A DNA stretch of 64,000 nt from Schizochytrium sp. TIO01. Its lineage: Eukaryota; Protista; Bigyra: Labyrinthulomycetes. Below are positions 54,157-64,000 of the stretch, in pieces. Each line of letters opens with the position of its first letter. Positions within the stretch are counted from its first letter, which is position 1. The stretch lies in assembly GCA_004764695.1 (NCBI GenBank), contig SMSO01000031.1:38436-102435 (forward strand). Reading direction: 5' to 3'. The notes under the pieces are model-generated. The model was not told the DNA's origin. It saw nothing but the letters and a program-made list of their open reading frames with translations, and made no database searches. A program made the position numbers and the translations under genes.

Positions 54157-55133
54157 AAAAGGTGTCTTACTTACGTTTCCTTTCATCATTGATTACTGGT
54201 CTATGTTCCCTTTTGCCTCCTTTGTGTAGATCTATGTACATACGTACGCATGAAGAGCCTGTGTGATGGGTTCTTTACTTTCACCACTTGTTTTTGGTTT
54301 CTTCTCCAAGTCTGTCGAAGTTAAACTTAAATGCTCGACATATTTACTTTCTCGTCTCATGTTTCCAACAGTCTATAAAGGCTACCTTTCTATATTTCTC
54401 AATTTAATCATTTTGCTTCAAAAAGTGAAATGATAATTTCAATATTTTGGCGTGTCAACTGTTACATCTTGCAAATGCTTTCAAATACGTTTGGATATTG
54501 CCCGTAAAGGGTAAAACTCCAAAAGCAAGCAACGAATGATACAAACGTCTGTGGTCTTTATGATGTATCAATGCTGTTTAGTTTTTATTGCTGAGACCAG
54601 GTCATGTAAATAAGACAATACCATAGCCATTTCCACACCAACATAAATTTAAAAGTATTAGAGATAGTCTAGAAAAGGTACTAGATAATAGGATAGCAGA
54701 GGTTGAGGCCAAGCGCCTCAGGACTGAAAGCCTCTACAACAAGTTGAAGTGAATATGCAAGGGCAACATCTGAGTTTCTAGTTGCGAAAACACGTTTCGG
54801 TTATGCGTAATACAAATAAAGAATGTTTAAGTCTTTTAACTATAATATAAATCGGTTTAGCTTGGTATCCATTTCTAAGGCCAGCAGACTGCTAACTGGA
54901 AAAACCTAGGTATACAATGTCTTCTTAAGACTTCATCATGCTTTCCAAGCATTTTCCCTTCCCCTTCCTGACCAGGTAGAGTTTCAGCATTACTAGAAGG
55001 GAGAACTAGAAAGATCTATAATAGGAGTAGTTGATCAATATTTGGTCCATTAAATAAAAGAGTGAATCACTTTACTTTTGAAATGTGATACCTCTCTTCC
55101 AGATTAACTGCTTTGTAAAAGCAAGCAATGCAT

Positions 55134-56093
55134 CTAAGACAAAACTTTGTCTAAACTTGGACGTGGCTTTTCGGATTGACTTGAAATGCTCTCAGGAATA
55201 CAAAGTGCAGTAGTAATTTGCTGATTGCATTCTGAAGCTACATAAGCATTCGACTGAGTATAAGAGTTTAATATGGCCGTATTTGCAATCTGGCGAGCTG
55301 CACTCATGCTGCAAGATCTCAAGTTTTTTGACGTCTTGATATAAGTCTTCTTCCATATATCTACATTTGTATTCATTTCGTGTCGAGCACTCGCATATAT
55401 AATATAGATACATAAACAGTGGACTTGATAATCGAGAGCAGCAAGAAAGCGAATCTTGCTTGCATCTGTTCTACTTTCAGCCATTTCAACAAGTGTGCAA
55501 GCTGTGGAGCATACAGGAATTACTGAGATGATTACAATTCGTGAAACTGCATGACGTGCTTCTCTGGTCACGAAATTGGATGGCTTCAAATAGAAGAAGA
55601 AAAGCATAAAGCAAGTAAGAACGTCCAAAGCCGAGAACATAATTTCATCCAAGTATAGCCACAGGCCATCTCCAAAGCTGATCACACAGGCTCCATCTTC
55701 GACATAGCTCTCATAAATTACGAGTGCTTTGCCGACATTCAGGAGAAAGGTCAGTAGTAAGTAAAACTTGAGACAGTTTATTACTAGTTTGGATCGATTT
55801 GAAGTTGCCAGGGCAATTTCCAGCCGAAATATGTATGTATACCCCATTAGAACACGCGTGCCATAGAGGCTTGCAGCAAGCAATTTCAGATACACCGGGC
55901 AGACTGCCAGAAAAATAGCATTTGGGACCAGGAGCAACTCAAGAACATCGAGAAACGGAAGAGCAACGAGAATAAACTGTATTTGACGTCGCTTCGTAGT
56001 TGCCTCAATCAACTGTGAAGTATAATACACATCAGGTCCAAGAGCAAGACAAGCTACCAATCCCGTAAAACGGAGCCATGCCGTGGCATCCAT
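55134..56093 (-). CDS. 7TM GPCR-like protein, paralog 2
   Basis: 319 aa; CPVY, RLEIA, LNVGKA, GDGLWLYLDEIMFS, DYQVH. Confidence 0.85.
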   Translation of the reverse strand: MDATAWLRFTGLVACLALGPDVYYTSQLIEATTKRRQIQFILVALPFLDVLELLLVPNAIFLAVCPVYLKLLAASLYGTRVLMGYTYIFRLEIALATSNRSKLVINCLKFYLLLTFLLNVGKALVIYESYVEDGACVISFGDGLWLYLDEIMFSALDVLTCFMLFFFYLKPSNFVTREARHAVSRIVIISVIPVCSTACTLVEMAESRTDASKIRFLAALDYQVHCLCIYIIYASARHEMNTNVDIWKKTYIKTSKNLRSCSMSAARQIANTAILNSYTQSNAYVASECNQQITTALCIPESISSQSEKPRPSLDKVLS

Positions 56094-58878
56094 ACTAGAT
56101 TTATCTCAGGGTCAGGTTATACAAAGTAGACACTGGTCAATACGACCGTCGCCTTCGGAATGAGATTCCGAAGCTACTCTAAGTTTTCGCACAGCCTCGA
56201 ATAAATTTATGCACCAACTATGGGCTAAATTTCTTTTGCTCTGAAGCATTCGGTTTAGTGTTACATTCGGTCTGCCCTATTCCAGAGGTCACATAAAATC
56301 CTATCTCAAGAAGAGGAAGAATCCGTATATGCTCTCTCCATGGTGGGATTGGTTGCCACCCTCATTGTTTTCTTTCTTGGGTACAGATCCATAGATTTCG
56401 ACAAAGAAATAAGGACAAAGTTTCGATCCATTCTAGGCTCTACTTAGGGCGCCTAAAAATGAGTACAGGTTATACTTCATGAAAGATAGGGCAAAGAGAA
56501 TATTTCAGCATCTAACGGATTCCTCCTCTCATGTTACTGATAAAAGTCCTTTCTTTCAATACTTTTTTCATGAGGAAGATAAAGAACTCGTGGTAATTTG
56601 TTCTTTAAAAAACTAGAATAGCTGAATTTATTTAGGCCTGTGCATCAATTAATTTAATTTTTTTTTTTAAAATTGTGTATCATAAGGACAACTTGAATTT
56701 GGAAGGGGCATGCAGGGTGCGTGCGCGTATCTTATTTTAGACGAGTCTGTACAACAAACAAGCTTGATGTCAGTTGATGTTCAGAATTTACCATGTTCGT
56801 TGTCGGTATCTGCTCGCAAGCCTACCTGAATAGGGACGTCTTTCTATTATTATTTAAATTTATTGAATTAAAAAAAAAATAGGGTCAAAAATTTGAATAA
56901 AGAAACCTATACTTATTTTTAAAAATTAGAAAACCATATTACTAGTCATACCTAAGTACTATTTTATTTTATTTTATTTTATGTTTAAAGTGATTATTTT
57001 CTTGTATCGGCAACGAATACAAAACTAAAAGACTGTTGTTGTTGTTATTGTTGTTGTTGTTTTTAGCTTTTGTAGCAGAATCATAGAACTTGTGTAGAGT
57101 AACTCTATCGTGCCCACTCAAGTGGTAATATGACATAATCAACGCCGTTCTATTGCACCAGCTTTAAACTAGTATCCTAACCTGTCCGAGGCTAGCTTGG
57201 TGGGTGATTTTGAGGGTGCCAATTTCATTTTTCATTTTTCATTTTTCATTAAAATTTCAAACCAAATAAACTTCACTGCAGTTATACAAATGGGCAGGAC
57301 CAAGGTGGAAGATATACAGCCTATAGAGGGCTACCAAACTTCAAGAAAATCCGTTCATTTTGAATGAACCCGTTCGGCTTGTGGTCAGAAAGACGCATAC
57401 GACAATATTTACTCTATAATCTTTCAGAACAGGTCGTATCGTTCAAAATCTTTAAATAAGGGCTCTCTTCAAAAGAGAAGGAAAGGCAGGGAGGGCTACA
57501 TAGCATTTAGATGATAGTCTGTGTAACACATGAGATAGGAAAATCTGTTCAAAACCTTTCTGTAAGTAGGCGCCTTTGGTTATGAAGGAGAGAATGAGTA
57601 AGTGAACTACAAGAACATTTTGTGGTAAAATGTTGTTATACTTTTAATGAAAGATAAATTTGGTCCGCTAGAGGTTGGCCATGAAGATTGAGGCAACATA
57701 CTTGGTGAAGGATCTAAGAAGGCTTAACAGTGCACGATTATCTATAGCTTAAAGACTTAGAAATATGCTCCTGTCCTTGGAAATAGTTACAAAGGCAGAC
57801 TAGATTATGTTATAATCATGAGACTAAGACAACTTGATCTGTAATAGGCACATCTGACAAAGTTAGATCAACTCGTCTCTACAACTATCTCTACAACTAT
57901 TTATTCAGATTTCTCCATACTTATGTATGCACACTTTTGGTACATGGATTCTCAACCACACAAGTCTGGTTGTCCAGGTCTTGTTCCTATGTAAGTCCTA
58001 ATTTTAAAGGTCTTACAATAGAATGCCTAGACTATGACAATGTCTTGTAAACTAGTTCCTTCGATTGAAGATCTCAGCAATACTTGCAACCTCCTTGTCT
58101 CAGTATATAGTCACGATTCGATGCTGCTAATATTTCTATGCTTATCTTTATTACTGAATAAGAGGGTAAATGTTTGTTTTAAAGAGGAAAGGATTACTTT
58201 ACAAAGCCTCTCACAAATCTACAATTTCAGATGTTTTGAAAAGACACGCAAGAGCTTCAGTCAGCACCTCATTGAGTGAGAAAAGCAATTATTACTTCAA
58301 CAGACTTTTCAAAAACCTGAGTTGTGTACATAATTTCAAAAATTCTGCTTTGCAAAACTTTGCAAATACTCTTAGAATCGATAATTTTACAGTAGAACGA
58401 TAGCACGTCATAGGCGATGCGACTCGTTACACTCTTTCCTTCTAAACACCTATAAATTTGGGTTTCTAGCAGATTCTCATAAGAGATGCAGTGATGATGA
58501 ACATCTTCATTTATTTGGTATCCTTTATGATTCGAGTTTGAAGGCTTTTGAGCAATATACCGTAGACGAAAACTTCCCTTGACCTTTGGCCTTTAATAGA
58601 CTCATGAGAATGTTTCAGCATACACATTATTATTGAAAATATCGCATTCAATAATTATGCGCATTCCATTGTAAATGCCAAAGCAAAGGCTCATCGGCAA
58701 AGCGATCGGGATAGAAATGTACAATAAACAGGCATGGTTCCATAACAATCTTTAAATAGCTTCGTTTTTCTGTAACATAACTTATTCTAGAATGTTCAAG
58801 CTGTTTTAAAAATTGTTCATTTCTAAAATGCATTACGACACGGCAAGATCTCATGTCATTTTTCGGTCTGGGCCTGAT

Positions 58879-59730
58879 TCATGAATTTAAGTTACTCATT
58901 TCCTCTGAATGAATTGATGCCCTACCTGTTATGATTGGTTGTTCAAGGGGTTCAATTTTGTATCGAGCACCAACAGACGACGGGGCAAAACTTTCATTAG
59001 CCATGCTACCTTCCACGTCTTGACGAGCTCCAGCATAAACTATGAATAGACACAGCGTGTGAATTTGAAAATCAATAGCTGTAACATACTGCGCTGTAGA
59101 TGGATCCACAAGCATTTGGGTTAAGGCGCTAAAGGTAGACAGGATTGGCGCCAAAGATATTAACAGGATTCTCTTTATCATATCACGGGCACCAGCTTCA
59201 CGAAATACAGGAGATGTTTGAGAAATATACCAAAGCATCACAAAAGTAAAAATGTCCAGAAAGCTAAACATAAACTCATCAAGATAAATCCAAAGACCAT
59301 CTCCAAAATCAATCTTGCAGTATGTATCTTCCCAGGAGCTGCTGTAAAAGACTAATGCCTTGCCTATGTTTAGAGCAAAGGTAATTAGCAAGTATATTTT
59401 TAAACACCCAAGCACAGTAGTCTGTACTCGACTTTGGCCCTGGACACTCAGAGCAAGTTCGGCTCGGAAAAGATAAGAATATCCTATAAGAACTCGGGCA
59501 CTGTATAAGGCTACTGCAAGTAACTTGAGATACATTGGGCAGGTCGCCTTCGAAACCGTTATCGATAAGACCAAGTCGAAAAGGTTGAGAGTCGGAAGGG
59601 CGACGACAATAGTGGATATAACTCTTCGCTTAAAGGGTTCATCAATGGTTCGGATGGTTGCTGCAACATCTGGTGCCAAGGCAACAGAAAACATGAAACC
59701 AAGAAACCGTGCATAACTGCTTCCGTCCAT
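58879..59730 (-). CDS. 7TM GPCR-like protein, paralog 3
   Basis: CPMY, RAELA, LNIGKA, GDGLWIYLDEFMFS, DFQIH; ATG at 59730. Confidence 0.85.
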   Translation of the reverse strand: MDGSSYARFLGFMFSVALAPDVAATIRTIDEPFKRRVISTIVVALPTLNLFDLVLSITVSKATCPMYLKLLAVALYSARVLIGYSYLFRAELALSVQGQSRVQTTVLGCLKIYLLITFALNIGKALVFYSSSWEDTYCKIDFGDGLWIYLDEFMFSFLDIFTFVMLWYISQTSPVFREAGARDMIKRILLISLAPILSTFSALTQMLVDPSTAQYVTAIDFQIHTLCLFIVYAGARQDVEGSMANESFAPSSVGARYKIEPLEQPIITGRASIHSEEMSNLNS

Positions 59731-60693
59731 TTTATCGAAGGTCTTGACAAAGGTTACCACGTAGGAAGCTTCGTGTTTTGCATTCTTGCTACAAAACTAT
59801 TGTGCCATTGATGTCTTAAAGATTTGCAACAAAATTTGTGTTTAAGATTCATGAATTATAGTAGGTTTATCAAATATTCAAGATTAGCGCTTTAAATCCG
59901 TTACCAAAGTCGATGCACACCTTTGTGACTCGATTCTTCAATATATAGACCTTATGCCTCATCTCGAAAGTAAAAAGTACAACAAACTCAATGAAGTAAC
60001 CTTCTTGGAGCTGCTTGTGAATATGTTATTTGCAAGTTTGTATAGAAAGATGCTAAGCTAATCAGTGTATTTTTTCTTTCTTTTTTTCTCATATAGCCAA
60101 AGGGTCTATTTTCATTATGAATAGTTGCTAGGTACGTGCTCGTTCAAAGTCCTCAAACCAAGCTTAACCAAGTTTGAATATGTTTGAAACCTTGACTCAC
60201 TCGCAGATCACAGAAAAGGGGAACTGCTTTCGAATAGTGAGTCATCATCGTGCACTTGTTCTTTTCGTTGCTTTACTTTTTCGAAAAGAGAGAGAGATAT
60301 CGAGAAGGAAAAAAAAGAAAAAGAACCATTATTATTAACAATAATATTTACTGCTAACTAGCTACCTATCTACTCGCGAAATTCGAATCCTGGCTTTCAT
60401 CTAGGTATGCAGAGACATTTGTTGATTTGAAAACAGTACAGTTTGTGCTTAATCAAAATTTAATAAAAGATCAGAAGGTAATAAGAAGGTTATACTTTTG
60501 GTAGTAGAGATAAGAGTGTGTGCTACAAGTTTGAAGCTTCACCAAGACCGCTATCATCATATGCCAATATTCTATAAATCACAGAGAAATTTATTTAGGT
60601 ACTTGCAGTCGTGCAAATCCCCGTTGAGCATTATTTGCTGAAACCTGATGTGCACTCTCGTGAAATTATTAGATTGTAATGCACTAATGGAGA

Positions 60694-61545
60694 TTATTGT
60701 GAAGACGAAAATTTGGTGCTGGGGCTAGAACCGAGTGTTTTTTGGATACCTCCGTTCGGAAGACTTGGCCTTGAGCCGTTCAATACTGGGTAGGTTCGAT
60801 CTTTCAGCTTTGGAAGCTGCTTTGTTCGCCCTTGTGCGAATACAAAAAATAGGCAGATTATGTGAATCTGCAAGTCGATATTTCCTGAATAAGTTTTGGT
60901 GGGATCAATCATGACTTGGATTGATGTTGCAATTGTTGATATCATGGGGAAAATTGAAATGTAAAGAACACGTCCTAGAACTTGCTTGACTAGACCACCC
61001 TTTTTACCAATTTCGAGCGTTGACTTATGCATGTTGTAGAAGCTAAGCAACATTGCAAATGTTAAGACGTCTGCAAGTGAAAACATTATTTCATCGAGTA
61101 TCTGCCAGATTCCCTCCCCTAGATATAGTGTACAGCGGCCATTCTCATCAAACTCACTGCTGTATAAAATCACAGCTTTACCAACATTTAAAACAAATGC
61201 AAGAAAAAGGTAGGCATGCAATAATCGAAGAATACGCACGATAGTTAAGGTCTTTATAGTGAGACGCAGTGCAAGCTCAACGCGAATGCAGTACAAGTAC
61301 CCTATAAGGACCCTGGCAGCACACGTTGTTGCAGCAATAAAGGATGAGAAAATCGGGCAAAACGCAGATATGTACACTAATGAGAAAAACATGAGTAAGT
61401 TCAAAAGGGCGAGCATTACAATAACAAACAAAACGCGATTCCTCGTATATTTATCTTTGATGCTCCTAAGTGTGTCCATTATATCAGGCAGTGTAGCAAG
61501 AATGATCATCAAGCCGAGCAACCGCATCCAAGCTTGGATAATCAT
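60694..61545 (-). CDS. 7TM GPCR-like protein, paralog 4
   Basis: CPIF, RVELA, LNVGKA, GEGIWQILDEIMFS, DLQIH; ATG at 61545. Confidence 0.85.
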   Translation of the reverse strand: MIIQAWMRLLGLMIILATLPDIMDTLRSIKDKYTRNRVLFVIVMLALLNLLMFFSLVYISAFCPIFSSFIAATTCAARVLIGYLYCIRVELALRLTIKTLTIVRILRLLHAYLFLAFVLNVGKAVILYSSEFDENGRCTLYLGEGIWQILDEIMFSLADVLTFAMLLSFYNMHKSTLEIGKKGGLVKQVLGRVLYISIFPMISTIATSIQVMIDPTKTYSGNIDLQIHIICLFFVFAQGRTKQLPKLKDRTYPVLNGSRPSLPNGGIQKTLGSSPSTKFSSSQ

Positions 61546-64000
61546 TGTGCACAAACAGCCGCAGCTCAGCTGGCCTCTTTTATCTCTTACTATGTATGTA
61601 GGTACATCAAGATAGTCATTTGTGCAGGGATATTCCGGGTTTGCTTAGCTGACTTATGTTAGCTTCACCAAGGCAGAAAGACAAATCAACTTTAGAGTAT
61701 TTGTTTTTCCGACTCAGGCCAACTGCTTTGTATAGTGTAAGAGTTTCCTTCCTGTTCTATTCTCAGGTTCACTGCAACCAAAGTTGTTTCAGAAAACCGA
61801 GGATGTTCGAATGGCTGGAAGTTGAACGAGAGAATTGTCTCCTGGTTCACATACAAACATTTACCCAAAACAGAAGAAGTAAATTAACTATCTTTGCTGT
61901 AACGAAGCGCCTAAGAACTAAGTGAGGTCCATCTTATTTCTTCTCCATGATGCAGCTACATGGCTTTTCTCTACAACTGAGACTTAATCACTATACTTCA
62001 AGTAGCAACGGGTACCTAAAAGAAATAAAAGATTTCCGTTGAAGCATTGCTATTATGTTCCTAATTAATTTAAAAAACAAAAAAAAAAAAAAGAACATAT
62101 AAATAGAGGCCTCTTTATATAATATTTAAATATATTGATTTATTTATCAAAAGACAAGAGAAAAAATGGGAACAATAAAATATAAAATATAAGTATAACG
62201 AGACATTTCATTCTCTATTTGTCGCTCCCTTTGACTAAACTTCTGATCTAGCTTTTGCTCAACACCATGTACCTTAGTACACTGTCTGATCAGTTCTTTT
62301 TTTAGGCCCTTTTCAGCGCTTAGCCCTTTCCAACACTTTCCTGAACCTGAATCTAAATGGGAAGGAATGGAATAAGTAGATTGTTTATTATTAGGACCGC
62401 TTATTCGTTTTTTTCATGTCCACAGAAAATATCGGTTCACAATGGGTGGTTCGTTTTCTTTTTCTTCTTTTTTTGAGGGGGGATGCAAACGATCAAATGT
62501 TTTTGAAAATCCTGTTCCTGACAAATTACTTCGTTCCCTTTTACCACCTAGGTACTTCGTCAGCGATAGCAAAGTACTTCCTCTTCTCGTTTAATAATAA
62601 TACCTAGAAACCAATCCATATACGTTTTTGCTCGGAACTATGCTTTTGTTTGTTTTTACAGATAGAGCCATTTCTCAACTCAGCTGGAGTTAATAGTATG
62701 TACCCAGATCACCAAAAGAAACAAAACGAAAATACCAGCAAAACCATCTCAATTTTCTCAAAATCAAAGCCATGGTTTAGCTGTTGGGTCTACTTGATGA
62801 AAACAGTTCTCCTTTTATTAAGATGTTTGCTACTCTCGTTCCTTCTCTCCCAGGTAGAAACTTAATTCATCAATACGATACAGAAAGGCCAACGATTCTT
62901 TCCTAGAATAATAAAGTAATACGATTGAATGCTTTTCATTAATCAGAGATCTAGTGATCTGGGTTGAAACTAGGTACCCTGCCTACCTACCGACCAACCC
63001 AGTCAGGAGGAGCTCGGAAGTAAAAGGGTGTCCTGACTTGAGGACAAGTCCTCGTAGTAATATTTATCTTCTACTACCCAGGTACTGTCAACTTGAACCG
63101 GCTAAATTAACTTTACCACAAGTACTTGAGGCCCCATTAATTACGACCGCGTAATAAAAGGCGTTGCCTATCGTAACTCAGTCAAAGAGCTTGGGTTATG
63201 ACGTGCTTGCGCTAATGCACGTACCGAATAGCCTATAACTATATCTATACATATACACATATTTACAAGTGTGGAGCATGGAGTGTATATGGATGCAGCA
63301 AATTTCTCTTTCTCTTACTTAGATATGAGTCCAAGTTCTTAAAAAAAAAAAAAAAATTAAAAAAAGAGAGAGAAAAAAAGCGCCGCTTTGTGCTTCGTAA
63401 CCATAGTACCTACATTCTCGAGTTGTAAGACAGCAACGCATGAGAGGTTTCTTTTTGTTCGCCGACATCCTGAAAGAGTCTTTTACGTCGCAGACTTGAG
63501 CATCTAGATAGATATCTAAGATACCTGCCTACCTAGTCACATGAAAGCTTAAAACAAACCTAAGTTAGGATTAGCATGTGGATGCACACCTTCTAAGAGT
63601 GGAATCTTCATGTTATCTAATTATGGAAAACTATCCAATGCCGCACAGACAAGAGGAAGAGACCTGATCTACAGCGCTGCACATCAAGTGTCTTGCACAT
63701 TAACTGGTAACGAAAGTTCGTCCCGAAGGCATGCCTTCTTCCGCACTGGTTTATCTCGAAAGATTGAGAATCCCTAGGTAGTTCCAAGAAGTTTCAAGTT
63801 CACGTGCCATCTGAATTTCTAAAGGTAGAGTACTTCATAGAGAGCCTACTAGCGCAGAAATTGGGATGTGTGTGATGAAAAGGGCTGGGTTGGATTGGAG
63901 TACAACATGCCCCTGACTCCAAACTTGAATGGGTCTGTGCAAAGAGTTTGAGTAGGCTATCGTTTACTTTTACAAGATGAAGCACGCGTGGACTAGCATG

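Noticed and set aside
49141-61545. Microbial rhodopsin identity for the 7TM paralogs
   Set aside because: No retinal-binding Lys in helix 7 (DxQxH instead of DxxxK).

Overview
This is the left end of a eukaryotic chromosome. The TTAGG telomere, subtelomeric rDNA and 18S sequence point to a thraustochytrid (Aurantiochytrium/Schizochytrium-like); this assignment is from recognition, not a search. In order, the window holds: a (CTAAC)n telomere; long degenerate subtelomeric repeats (~365, ~535 and ~411 bp units) interrupted by an intact, young Ty1/copia LTR retrotransposon; an N gap; and one 18S-5.8S-28S rDNA unit transcribed toward the telomere. Next is a putative innate-immune locus that the ORF track largely misses because it is split into micro-exons. 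It contains two head-to-head genes: LRR-Roc-COR-TIR (minus strand, 12 LRR exons) and LRR-helical-kinase-RING1/Rcat (plus strand, 10 LRR exons). Each 28-aa LRR is its own 84-nt phase-2/2 exon between near-identical, microsatellite-bearing introns, and variation concentrates in the predicted ligand-binding beta-strand that straddles the intron. A third gene (Zn beta-tent-like domain, polyQ, RING1, apparently inactive Rcat) follows. Two identical 5S rRNA genes bracket genes 2 and 3. The rest holds an EGF-7TM gene, four paralogous intronless 7TM GPCR-like genes and a coiled-coil protein. All gene models were spliced by hand and need RNA confirmation.
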